This document shows, in pieces, positions 50,286 to 61,804 of a stretch of DNA of 64,000 nt (positions are counted from its first letter, which is position 1; the number at the start of each line of letters is the position of its first letter). Source of the stretch: Longimicrobiales bacterium (GTDB taxonomy: Bacteria; Gemmatimonadota; Gemmatimonadetes; Longimicrobiales; Gaopeijiaceae); assembly GCA_965219445.1 (NCBI GenBank), contig CBDCNQ010000003.1, positions 32,001 through 96,000 on the forward strand. Reading direction: 5' to 3'. The position numbers were made by a program, and so were the translations under genes. Under the pieces are notes generated by a model. That model was not told where the DNA came from. It saw only the letters and a list, made by a program, of their open reading frames with translations, and did no database searches.

Positions 50286-51197
50286 ATGCCGTCCGTCCAG
50301 ACGCGGGTGAAAGGAGCCGTACTCGCGGTCGCCCTCGGCGTGTGGGTCGGCGGGGGCGCGGCCCAGGATAGCGACGTTTCACTCGCCGGCGCCATCGATT
50401 TTCACGTGCACTCCGGCCCCGACTCCCGCCCGCGATCGATGACCGATCTGGAAGTGGCCCGTATGACGAGACGTGCCGGTCTGCGCGGCATCGTGCTGAA
50501 GAACCACTTCACCATGACGGCCGACCGAGCGGAGCTGGCGATGAGGCAGGTCGAGGGTCTCGAGATATTCGGCGGGGTCGTCTTGAACCGGGCCGTCGGC
50601 GGGCTCAACGCCGAAGCGGTGCGCCAGATGGTGCAGTTCGACGGCCGGCGGGGGAAGGTGGTCTGGCTGCCGACGTTCGACGCGGAGTATCCCGTCACCG
50701 CGCAGGGCGGGGCGGGTCCTTTCGTGTCGGTGACACAGGCGGGGGCGCCGGTCCGCGAGCTCGCGGAGATCTTCAGACTCGTGGCCGAGCACGACCTCGT
50801 GCTCGCCATGGGGCATTCGGCACCCGAGGAAGTGCTGGTCCTCATCCCCGAGGCGCGCCGCCACGGTGTCGAGCAGATCCTCGTGACGCACGCGTTCTCA
50901 CAGAACCCCTCACGCGCACAGATGCAGCAGATGGCGGACGCCGGCGCGCTTCTCGAGATCGACTGGCACGCGGTGGATCTTGGAAACCAGACCCTGGCCA
51001 CGTATGTCTCGGCCATCGAGGAGATCGGCGCGGAGCATTTCGTGATGTCGTCGGATCTCGGACAGGCAATTGGCCCGTCGCATGTCGATGGCCTGCGCGC
51101 CTACGTCACCGCGCTTCGCGGTGCTGGCGTCACCGACGACGAGATCGACCTGATGTTGCGACGGAATCCGGCGCGGTTGCTGGGTTTGGAGCCCTAG
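50286..51197 (+). CDS. DUF6282 / amidohydrolase-fold protein
   Basis: IDFHVHSGPD, LKNH, WLPT, MGH, VTH, SSDLGQ, NPARLL. Confidence 0.85.
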   Translation: MPSVQTRVKGAVLAVALGVWVGGGAAQDSDVSLAGAIDFHVHSGPDSRPRSMTDLEVARMTRRAGLRGIVLKNHFTMTADRAELAMRQVEGLEIFGGVVLNRAVGGLNAEAVRQMVQFDGRRGKVVWLPTFDAEYPVTAQGGAGPFVSVTQAGAPVRELAEIFRLVAEHDLVLAMGHSAPEEVLVLIPEARRHGVEQILVTHAFSQNPSRAQMQQMADAGALLEIDWHAVDLGNQTLATYVSAIEEIGAEHFVMSSDLGQAIGPSHVDGLRAYVTALRGAGVTDDEIDLMLRRNPARLLGLEP

Positions 51198-51267
51198 GAT
51201 AACTGGAGAGCCGCACCGATACGCGGGCCTCCGCATCCTCGGCTCGGGCCACCTCAACGAGCGATCC

Positions 51268-52065
51268 ATGACCCCGGCAACCCATCCCACCCCTCTGCAC
51301 CGCAACGGCCTCCGGCTGCTCATCGCCCTCGCGGCAGCTTCTCCCCTGCCCATGTCTGCCCAGGTCAATGTAGAGGCGCTCCGGAGTGACGATCCACCGC
51401 TCGGATACTCGGGCACTTTCGGTGGGGATTTGACCCTGCGGACCGGAAACGTGGACTTGGTTCAGCTCGGTCTGAACGCACGCCTCTACAACGTGACGGA
51501 ATCGGTAACCCGGCTCATCGTAGGAAACGGGGGACTCGGTTTTCTCGGCGGGAGCCGCTTCTCATCGTCAGGTCTGTTGCACTATCGCCAAACCTACCGG
51601 TACGACGGCCTCGTCTCGCCAGAGTGGTGGGGGCAATTGAACTACGACCAGCCTCAACTCCTCGACTTCAGAATGATCACGGGGGGCGGAGTGCGGATCT
51701 CCTTCGCCAGCGGAGATTGGGGGCAGTTCGGTATGGGCGCTGCTCTCATGTTGGAACACGAGCGACTGGACCTCCCCGTTACCGCAGTGCACGATGATCG
51801 CACCACCAACATCCGGGGGAGCTACTTCCTCGCGCTGCGTCTGGTACCAACCGAGAACCTCGTGATCACGTCTACGACTTATCTACAGCCCGCCGTCAGC
51901 GACTGGGGTGACACGCGGACGCTCGCGAATCTTCGTATCGCGACCTCCGTGACGGATGCGTTGGACCTCACGGTATCGTTCGATCTCCGCTACGACGGAG
52001 GACCGCCCGACGGCATCAGCGCGCTGGATACGAGCTTGAGAACCGGGCTCAGATATTCCTACTGA
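51268..52065 (+). CDS. DUF481-like outer-membrane beta-barrel
   Basis: Signal peptide, QVNVE, alternating beta strands, terminal aromatic residue (RYSY). Confidence 0.7.
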   Translation: MTPATHPTPLHRNGLRLLIALAAASPLPMSAQVNVEALRSDDPPLGYSGTFGGDLTLRTGNVDLVQLGLNARLYNVTESVTRLIVGNGGLGFLGGSRFSSSGLLHYRQTYRYDGLVSPEWWGQLNYDQPQLLDFRMITGGGVRISFASGDWGQFGMGAALMLEHERLDLPVTAVHDDRTTNIRGSYFLALRLVPTENLVITSTTYLQPAVSDWGDTRTLANLRIATSVTDALDLTVSFDLRYDGGPPDGISALDTSLRTGLRYSY

Positions 52066-52083
52066 GCGCCGCGGTGACAACCG

Positions 52084-53643
52084 CTATGCTTGCTCCAATG
52101 ACCCCGACTCGGACGGCTCCGCCGCCTGATGCAGTTTCATGTTAAGCATGCGCAGTGTCGCACCGACACCGGCGAGCACCTGGTTGGGGCTGACACCGCG
52201 CGTTCTCACTGTGCGTGGGCCATCCCGCCAGGTGATGAACACCTCGGTCAGCGCGCTGGTGCTGCCGCCCTTGGGGATGAGCAACTCGTAGTCCACCAGC
52301 TCCGGGAATTCGAAGCCGAGCGGAAAGACCTTCCGGATCGCGTCGACGAAGGCGTCAAATCCGCCGTTTCCCGATCCAGACGCGTCGTGGACCTCGTCGT
52401 TCACCTTCACCCGGATGCTCACGCTGGATGCGTGGTCCAGCTCACTGGTGATTGAACAGTCCAAGAGCTCGATGTGGCGGAAGTCCTTGCGCTCCAACAC
52501 GTCGGCGATGATGAACGGTAGATCCTCTGCCGTGATGGTTTCCTTCGAATCCCCCAGACTCACGATCCGTTTCAGCACTTCCGCCTGGTCTTCGGGAGAC
52601 AGGCTGATGCCCAGCTCCTCGAGGTTCTTCTTCAGCGACGCCTTTCCGCTCATTTTGCCGAGCGCGTAGCTGCGCCTACGATCGAAACGCTCTGGGCTCA
52701 ATGGCGTTTGATAAAGCCCCGCTTTGTGATCGCCGTCCGCGTGTATGCCGCTGGTCTGTGTGAACACGTCGGCGCCGATCACGGGGGCGTTGTCGGCGAC
52801 TCGCTTGCCCGAGAAGTTCTCCACCATCCGGCTGAGGGCGAGGATCTTGGTCTCGTCGATCGACAGGGTCATTCCCATCTTGTCGCGAACCGCGACCGCG
52901 ACTTCGGCGAGGGACACGTTGCCCGCCCGCTCCCCAAGGCAGTTCACCGTGCAGTGAATGGTGCGGATTCCGGCCTCGACCGCCCTCATGGCGTTGGCAG
53001 TCGCCAGCCCATAGTCGTTGTGCGGATGAAAGTCGAACGTCTCCTCGGGGAACCTCGCGATCATGTCGGACAGGCTCGCATGAACTTCATCCGGCGTCAT
53101 CACACCGAGCGTATCGGGCAACATGACATGCGCGACTCCCGTTCCCCGCAGTCCCTCCACGAGTCTGTAGACGTAATCGCGGCTGTCCCGATACCCGTTG
53201 GACCAATCCTCCAAGTACACGTTGACTGTAAGCCCCTGCTCACGTGCATATTCAACCGTGCGAAGAATGTCTTCGAGATGTTGTTCGAGGGTTCGCCGCA
53301 ACTGCATGCGGCAGTGCCGCTCGCTGCCCTTGGTGAGCAGGTTCATCACATGCGCGCCGGTCGATACGATCCAGTCCGCACTTCGGCGTTCGTCGACGAA
53401 TCCCAGGATCTCGACCCGGTCTAGGCAGCCTCCGGCAGCCGCCCAATCCGCGATCCGGGTGACGGCTTCTTTTTCACCTGCGGACACGGCGGCCGAGGCG
53501 ACCTCGATACGATCGACCTGCAGCGAGCCGAGCAAGGCCCCGGCGATGCTGACCTTTTCCGACGTGGAGAACGAAACGTCGCGGGTCTGCTCGCCGTCCC
53601 GCAGTGTGGTGTCCATCAACTCAACGTGATCGCTGGTATTCAT
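52084..53643 (-). CDS. cimA: Citramalate synthase / LeuA family
   Basis: DTTLRDGEQ, YLEDWSNG, HPHNDYG, GERAGN, C-terminal regulatory domain. Confidence 0.8.
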   Translation of the reverse strand: MNTSDHVELMDTTLRDGEQTRDVSFSTSEKVSIAGALLGSLQVDRIEVASAAVSAGEKEAVTRIADWAAAGGCLDRVEILGFVDERRSADWIVSTGAHVMNLLTKGSERHCRMQLRRTLEQHLEDILRTVEYAREQGLTVNVYLEDWSNGYRDSRDYVYRLVEGLRGTGVAHVMLPDTLGVMTPDEVHASLSDMIARFPEETFDFHPHNDYGLATANAMRAVEAGIRTIHCTVNCLGERAGNVSLAEVAVAVRDKMGMTLSIDETKILALSRMVENFSGKRVADNAPVIGADVFTQTSGIHADGDHKAGLYQTPLSPERFDRRRSYALGKMSGKASLKKNLEELGISLSPEDQAEVLKRIVSLGDSKETITAEDLPFIIADVLERKDFRHIELLDCSITSELDHASSVSIRVKVNDEVHDASGSGNGGFDAFVDAIRKVFPLGFEFPELVDYELLIPKGGSTSALTEVFITWRDGPRTVRTRGVSPNQVLAGVGATLRMLNMKLHQAAEPSESGSLEQA

Positions 53644-53869
53644 GCTTGTCTGGCCATCGTCCGGCCGGTCTCTCCGTGTCGTCGAAAAATCACCGAAGAA
53701 ACGGACTCTAACGGTTCAGGGATAGGCATCAAAGAGGGATGGTGACGGCGCCGGGTAGGGGAACCTCCTTGTCGGCCGCTGGGCACAATCGTACCATGCC
53801 TCTCAGCTCCGGTGGTCGGTTGGATCACCTATCCATGAGGTGTTCAAGTACTGCAAAAAGGGGGCTGTC

Positions 53870-54625
53870 ATGAGGTATCTGCTTGCCGTCGTCGCGTTGC
53901 TCCTGTCGAGCGGGACCGCGCTGGCCCAGTCGACGTCCGTGATGATCGACGACCTTACGACGACCGAGGTGCAGGCGGCGATCGACGCCGGCAAGACCAC
54001 GGCCATTTACTACGTTGGGGGGACCCATCAGAGTGGCCCGGCGGTGGCGCTCGGGAAGCACAATCTGCTCAGCGCGCACCTCTCCCGGCGCGTCGCAGAG
54101 ACGCTGGGTAACGCGCTCGCATATCCGCCGAATCCCTACGCCCCGGCCGGCGACCCGATCGAGAAAACCGGGCACATGCGCTTCGCCGGGACCATCAGCG
54201 TATCGCACGAGACGCTCGCGGCGGTTTCTCGCGATGTCGCCGTCAGCGCGCTGGCGGTCGGCTTCACCCATGTCGTTATGTTGGGCGACCATGCCGAGAC
54301 GCAGGGGGTCATCAGAGAGGTCGCCACAGAGCTAGACGCCGAGTGGCGGGCGATGGGCGGTCGCGTGTTCTTTATCCCGGTCTATGAGGAAGGTGAGGGA
54401 CGGATGCGGGAGATCCTGGCAGCGCGCAACGTGCCCACCAACCGGATGACGCCGATCGACGATGCCAGCGAAATGATGGCGCTCAGCGCGGACGGCCGGT
54501 GGGTGCGCCCGGACCAGCTCGCAGACGACATCGCCGCGGTCGCTTCGGAGGAGCTCGGCAGACGGTTCATCGACGGCAAAGTCGAGGTGGCGGTGGCGAG
54601 TATTCGGGAATTGGTAGGCCGATAG
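53870..54625 (+). CDS. Creatininase family protein, secreted
   Basis: LTTTEV, GGTHQSGP...GKHN, FAGTIS, GDH. Confidence 0.82.
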   Translation: MRYLLAVVALLLSSGTALAQSTSVMIDDLTTTEVQAAIDAGKTTAIYYVGGTHQSGPAVALGKHNLLSAHLSRRVAETLGNALAYPPNPYAPAGDPIEKTGHMRFAGTISVSHETLAAVSRDVAVSALAVGFTHVVMLGDHAETQGVIREVATELDAEWRAMGGRVFFIPVYEEGEGRMREILAARNVPTNRMTPIDDASEMMALSADGRWVRPDQLADDIAAVASEELGRRFIDGKVEVAVASIRELVGR

Positions 54626-54660
54626 ACGCGGCTGGCACTCCGGGAACTACGTGGCGCCCA

Positions 54661-55326
54661 TCAGGACCCCTTCTCCCGGAAGCCGATCCGGTGGTAAGGG
54701 TTCACGACGCTCGTCGCCACGTTCTTGAGGTGCGCGCTGACCCGTTTCAGATACCGCAGGTAGAGTGCCACGGTGGTCGCATGCCCCGACCGTCCCGACA
54801 ACGCCTCACCCGAGCACAAGGCCCGCACGTGCTCGTCCACCTGGGATGCGATGATGGTGTGAGACCCTATGATGCCCCTGGCCTTGGCTTCGTCGGATTC
54901 CTCGAGGCATGGCGCGATGTCGTCGAACATCCGAACCATGGACTTCTCGATCTCAGCCACTTCGCTGTGTAGCTCGAGCCCGTTGAACGGCCCCGGAACC
55001 GCACCCGCCAACTCCACGATGTTCTTGGTGTAGTCGCCGATTCGCTCGATATCGATGACGATCGCGGTAAGCACCAGCCCCAGGTTGATGTCCGGCTTGG
55101 ACGACACGGACATGTGCGTCACGATCTTCCGACGAACTCTCCGTTCGTACTTGTTGATCTGCTGATCACGCTTGTAGATGTCGGTCTCCAAGGCGCCCTC
55201 CGCGTGGAGCTGCTCGACGGCGTGGTCGAACATGTCGTGGGAGGCCCGAAGCATCAGAAGGGCCTCGTCGTACGCCTCCTGCAGCGGGCCTTGAGACCTG
55301 AACAGCGTGACAATTTCCTTCCACAT
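54661..55326 (-). CDS. PhoU-domain protein
   Basis: DIERIGDYTKNI, YLKRVSAHLKN. Confidence 0.85.
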   Translation of the reverse strand: MWKEIVTLFRSQGPLQEAYDEALLMLRASHDMFDHAVEQLHAEGALETDIYKRDQQINKYERRVRRKIVTHMSVSSKPDINLGLVLTAIVIDIERIGDYTKNIVELAGAVPGPFNGLELHSEVAEIEKSMVRMFDDIAPCLEESDEAKARGIIGSHTIIASQVDEHVRALCSGEALSGRSGHATTVALYLRYLKRVSAHLKNVATSVVNPYHRIGFREKGS

Positions 55327-55344
55327 GGCTTGCTAACCTTTCGG

Positions 55345-56457
55345 CTACAGAATGAAGTAGAGAATTGGGATGATGTGGAGCAAAACGTATATCGTCATCA
55401 CACCCGCCGAGCTGATCCTGGTCCGAGCCGCATACGCGCCGACCTTCTGTGCCATCCAGATGGGAGCCGCTCGCAGCGGATAGAAGATTGCGATCCCCAG
55501 CAGATTGAAGCAGAGGTGGGCAAGAGCCACGGTCACCGCAGCGGGGCTAGCTGTCGAGAATGAAGCCAGAATCGCGGTAATCGTCGTTCCGATATTGGCT
55601 CCGAGCGTGTAGGGGAAGATCTGCCTGAGCGACAGAACCCCGGTCCCTGCCAGCGGGACGATCAGCGAAGTCGTCGCTGAGCTGCTCTGCACCGCCGCGG
55701 TCGTCACGATACCGAGACCGAAGCTGGCGACGTCGTTCCGAAAGAGGACCCGATCGAAGAGTGCTGCCATCCTTTCCAGGAACACGCCCCGCATGAGGCG
55801 CATCAGCCGCTGAAGGGCAACGAAGAGGATGAGGAGCGCGATGCCGATGAGCGGCAACTCATAGGGAACCGCCCCGGCCACCCAATCGGAGAGCGGCCTC
55901 ACGGCGGCGTTGAGCGGGCTGGCGAGACTCATCCCACCGGCGCCCGCGAAGAGACCCTGTAGGATCACCGCCATCCTTTCTACCGGATGGAAGAAAACCT
56001 CCACCGGCAAGATGACCGCCGCCGCGAGGACATTGAAGAAGTCGTGCACCGTCGATGCCGCGAACGCCCGCTCGAATTCCGTAGGACGCGTGATGTGCCC
56101 CATGGAGACGAGCGTATTCGTGGTCGTGGTTCCGATGTTCGCGCCCATGAGCATGGGCACCGCCAGGCCGATCGTGAGCGCCTGTGATGCGACCAGGCCG
56201 ACGATGATGGTCGTGGTGGTGGACGAGCTCTGGATCAGGCTCGTCGCCAGAAACCCGATGAAGAGACCCGCCACCGGATCCGAGGCTGTGTTCAGAATCT
56301 GTTCTGCGAAGCCACGGCCGCCCATCCCGAACGCCGTGCTCATCAGCTCTATGCTGAAGAAGAACAGGTAGAGCAGAGCGAGAAAGTAGCCGACGAGGCC
56401 GATCGTTCGGGCCGGGCTGGTCTCTGGTGGGGGGTGCAAAGTGGTCAGTTCGGGCAC
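55345..56457 (-). CDS. Na+/Pi cotransporter family
   Basis: Twofold QSSS...GANIGTT repeats; start uncertain. Confidence 0.9.
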   Translation of the reverse strand: MPELTTLHPPPETSPARTIGLVGYFLALLYLFFFSIELMSTAFGMGGRGFAEQILNTASDPVAGLFIGFLATSLIQSSSTTTTIIVGLVASQALTIGLAVPMLMGANIGTTTTNTLVSMGHITRPTEFERAFAASTVHDFFNVLAAAVILPVEVFFHPVERMAVILQGLFAGAGGMSLASPLNAAVRPLSDWVAGAVPYELPLIGIALLILFVALQRLMRLMRGVFLERMAALFDRVLFRNDVASFGLGIVTTAAVQSSSATTSLIVPLAGTGVLSLRQIFPYTLGANIGTTITAILASFSTASPAAVTVALAHLCFNLLGIAIFYPLRAAPIWMAQKVGAYAARTRISSAGVMTIYVLLHIIPILYFIL

Positions 56458-56613
56458 CAGGGGCAGGTCCTCTTGTAAGGGCAGCGACGACACGGTGAGC
56501 GAGACGCGGAGAAAGTACAGGATTTCCACCACCCGGAAAGACCGCCCGTGATCGCTACACCGAGTCCGTGAGATCCTTGCAGCCTCAGGCGCCCTAGACG
56601 CATCTTGTGCGCC

Positions 56614-57081
56614 ATGTCTGACGCCTTCGAACGAAGCCCCCGGCAGCACATTCTGTTCCTTTGTGTCGCGAATTCCGCACGGAGCCAAATGGCCGAGGGC
56701 CTCGCCCGGCAGATTCTCGGCGAACGGGCCGAAGTGTCGAGCGCTGGCTCGAATCCCGCTTCGTTAAGTTCTCATGCGGTGGAGGCGATGGCCGAGATCG
56801 ATATCGACATCACTGGTCACTTTTCAAAGTCCGTGGACACGATCGATCTATCTGGCCTCGACCTGGTGGTGACGCTTTGCGCCGAGGAGGTCTGCCCGAT
56901 CCTGCCGGCACGAGTTCGGCGGCTGCACTGGCCGATCCCCGACCCCGCCGCACAAGACCGCGGTGAACCGAAAGCACATTTCCGCGCCGCCCGCGAGGTG
57001 ATCCAAGAGAAGATCGAGGCTCTGGCGGAGACGCTCGAGGACTCCGCGAAGACCTCGACGACCGACTCCAGCCATGTATAG
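56614..57081 (+). CDS. arsC: Arsenate reductase (LMW-PTP type)
   Basis: [32 protein letters not shown]. Confidence 0.88.
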   Translation: MSDAFERSPRQHILFLCVANSARSQMAEGLARQILGERAEVSSAGSNPASLSSHAVEAMAEIDIDITGHFSKSVDTIDLSGLDLVVTLCAEEVCPILPARVRRLHWPIPDPAAQDRGEPKAHFRAAREVIQEKIEALAETLEDSAKTSTTDSSHV

Positions 57082-57220
57082 AATCATCTTCCCCGTCGTC
57101 ATCTCGCTGGCCGCAGGGCTCCAGGCCCAGGCAGTCCAGTTCACTCACGCGGACACGCTACGCGGCTCGGACGGGCCGGCCCGTTCCTGGTGGGACGTGA
57201 CGTTCTACGATCTGCACGTC
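57074..57220 (+). pseudogene. M1 aminopeptidase N-terminal fragment
   Basis: Signal peptide plus FTHADTLRGS.GPARSWWDVTFYDLHV; joins in frame to 49053 on the - strand. Confidence 0.82.
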
Positions 57221-57987
57221 GTGTTCTTGGCCGTAAGGCACCGAGTACGTCCTCCACTGAGGACATGACCCGCAGCTCGCCGGTGACCAGCGCGGATCCT
57301 TCGGTGGTCGTGCCCCGCCTCACGCTCGTGGACTTTCACATTGTGTCCAACAAGATGGGAGGGGAGCAGGAGGTCGGCGTACGGATCACGCGGGCCAGCA
57401 GCTCCGTTGACGGTCACTGCCGGGCGCCTGGAGGGGGTGCGGCACTCTTGCGGCCGTTCGCGGAAGCGACCCTGGACGCCGTCGGTCGGCTTACCCAGCG
57501 GGGCCGAAGGCGATTATCCCTCGTGCTCAGGGATGTGCGACGCTTCAGGAGGCGGGGTGATGAGGGGGTAGTGGTGCTCGTTGAGGCGAAAGTGGACGGT
57601 CGCAAGACGCTATGGTCGGGTGCGGCGTTCTCCGCTGATTCGTTCGAACGGGCATCCGTCGCGGCGGTTCTCCAGGCTACGAACGCGTTCGTGGCGGGTG
57701 ACCTGGAAATCACACAAGCGGACCGCCCCCCGACCGGTCCGGCGGCTCCCCAGGACCGATCCCCTCAGGAGCCATCGGACTCACCCAAGCCGTCAGACTC
57801 CACCATACCTTCCGACTCGCCAAGGCCATCGGACTCGTCGAGATCATGGGATTCGTCGAGGGGATCGGATTCGCCAACGACGGTGGACTCGCCGAAGGCA
57901 CCGGCTCCGGACGACTATGTAAGTGAGGTGCTGTCGCGAATTCAGTCTACCCGTAGGCGGGACCCGGCGCGGCCCTCATCAGGCTGA
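57221..57987 (+). pseudogene. C-terminal part of hypothetical protein X with (xxDSxx)7 repeats
   Basis: Domain similar to the first unit of 49054-50089 (EATLDAV..AVLQATN); joins in frame to SAEEL. Confidence 0.7.
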
Positions 57988-58880
57988 CTATCGATAGGCT
58001 GACTTCGATTTTGCAGAGCGCGACCCACGAGGACCGTGATGTTGTCGCTGCCCCCATCGTCCAGAGCGTCCCGTAGTAGGTCTTCGCACACCTGCTTGGC
58101 GGAGGTCATGGATCGTAGCCGCTCGGCGATCAGTTCATCCGGTACGTGCTTGGTCAGTCCATCGCTGCAAAAGAGGTGTACGTAGTCCCAATCCTGGTCG
58201 ATTCCAGTGACAACGGGGGTCGCTTCCGAACCCCCGATGGCACTCGCGAGCACGTTGGAAAGCGGCGACTTGGACGCCTCGGTCCGAGAGAATACGTCGT
58301 CGTCGACCAGCACCTGAGCCAGCGTCTGATCCCTGGAGATCTGCGTCAGCTCACCGTCCCTCAGGATGTAGTATCGGCTGTCCCCAACCTGGAGGAGGTA
58401 GGCGCGCGGCCACACGAAGAGCATGAGCGTGAGCGTCGTGGCCATCGCCTTTCCCGACTCGGCGACGCGACGCTCGCGAAGATCCTCGTGGCAGTGGAGT
58501 GCCGCGTCGGCGAGGGCCTGGGTAAAGGCCTGATCGTCGGTAGGATCGGCCGTGTAATAGCAGTCCATGCTCCCAGCGGCGTACTGGCTCACGGCCTCCA
58601 GCGCCCGCCGGCTCGCGGCCTCACCCTCCGGTCCGCCTCCGACCCCATCGGCAATCAACATCAAGAAGGCGAGGCGCTCCGTCTCTCCGTGCAGCCTATT
58701 CGTGTCGGGCAGGCTGGTCTGATGCACCTCCATGCGTTTCTGGAGCGAGGAAATGAGAAAGTGGTCCTGATTCTCCTTTCGCACCTTCCCCGGGTGGGTG
58801 AGACCGTAGACGTCGATCTGGTCGTCGGTGGGCTTTCGGCCGACGGCCCGAGCCTTTTGCACATTTTCGATCACGGTCAT
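57942..58880 (-). CDS. PP2C-family Ser/Thr phosphatase
   Basis: RKENQD, IADGVGG, VGDSR, CSDGLT, GGSDNITV. Confidence 0.92.
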   Translation of the reverse strand: MTVIENVQKARAVGRKPTDDQIDVYGLTHPGKVRKENQDHFLISSLQKRMEVHQTSLPDTNRLHGETERLAFLMLIADGVGGGPEGEAASRRALEAVSQYAAGSMDCYYTADPTDDQAFTQALADAALHCHEDLRERRVAESGKAMATTLTLMLFVWPRAYLLQVGDSRYYILRDGELTQISRDQTLAQVLVDDDVFSRTEASKSPLSNVLASAIGGSEATPVVTGIDQDWDYVHLFCSDGLTKHVPDELIAERLRSMTSAKQVCEDLLRDALDDGGSDNITVLVGRALQNRSQPIDSQPDEGRAGSRLRVD

Positions 58881-59046
58881 TGGCCCCCCTTGGCGGCGCT
58901 CGAACTTGGCGGCAGATGGGCCATCCGGCCCCCATGCACGGTACCCTCACGGGGCTGGGGATTATGGGTGCCGGCATCCCACGCAGCAAGAGCGAGGCGG
59001 TGCCCGCTTTTTGTCATCCACGGGCCAGAGCCGGTAGAATGACCCC

Positions 59047-59965
59047 ATGCCTACGATCCACTCCCTTCCGGACGACCGCGACATCGAGGTCGCCGACGGC
59101 GAAACCATCCTCGCCGCCTCGCTGCGGGCCGATATTCCGCACGCCCATGCGTGTGGAGGTCAAGCTCGTTGTTCGACATGTCGGGTACTCGTACTCGAAG
59201 GCGTCGAGATGTGCGGTTCCCGTACGGAGCGCGAGGAGAGGCTCGCCGAGCAGTTACGCTTCGGTGAGAACGTGCGTCTGGCGTGCCAAACGACCGTGCA
59301 CGGGGACCTATCGATCCGACGGCCAGTCGTGGATAGGGTCGATCTTGCGCTGGCCAATCTTCTGGATCGGAGCCAGGCCACCGAACAGGTGGGGGAAGAA
59401 ATGCGTCTGGCGGTCCTGTTCGCGGACATCAGCCACTACACTTCATTCGCGGAACGCTTGCTGCCGTACGATGTGACCCATGTGCTGAACCGGTATTTCT
59501 TTCTTATGGCCGAAGTCATTCAGTCCCACGGTGGGCACGTCAGTGACTACATCGGGGACGGCCTGATGGCCCTGTTCGGCATCCATGGTGACGGCGACCA
59601 GGCGGCTCGCGCGGTCCGGGCAGGCCTAGGCATAGTTCGAGGTGCTGGGCGAACTCAACCCCTACGTCCAGACAATGTACGGACGAGAACTCGACATTCG
59701 GGTGGGCATCCACGTGGGGGACGCCGTAGTGGGCACGATCGGCATCGCTCCCATGGAGAAGCTGGCGGCCATCGGCGATGCGGTGAACTTTGCCAGCCGG
59801 ATCGAGGCAGCGAACAAAGAAGTCGAGACCCGCTTTCTCGTGTCGGAGGACACAGTGGCCCAGCTGGACGAGAGTTTCCAGATCGGTCGCAGCTTCGAAC
59901 TGCCCGTCAAGGGCAAGTCGGGGACGCACATGCTGTACGAAGTGGTGGGGCTCGGCTCCGACTGA
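59047..59965 (+). pseudogene. 2Fe-2S ferredoxin-adenylate/guanylate cyclase, +1 frameshift near 59634
   Basis: CGGQARCSTC...RLACQ, LFADI..YT, IGDG; RVGIHVG and GDAVNFASRIE are in the next frame. Confidence 0.85.
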
Positions 59966-59989
59966 TGCCTCGGGCGCCGCGACAGGGAC

Positions 59990-61597
<1,608 letters not shown>

Positions 61598-61804
61598 GAC
61601 GACTCCTGGGTATGGCGGAGAAAACTCGATGTGGAGCAAACGTTAGGCTCCGGCGTCCGATTCCCGCTTCTGCCGCGTGTCCAAGATGCGGAACGCGAGC
61701 GAAGTGTGCGACCCTAGCCGGTCGTCATCACGGCCGACGTGCGTTGGTGCGCATTCGACTGAACGTGAAGGGTGTAGACTTCTAGGATCCGTGCGGCAGA
61801 TCTT

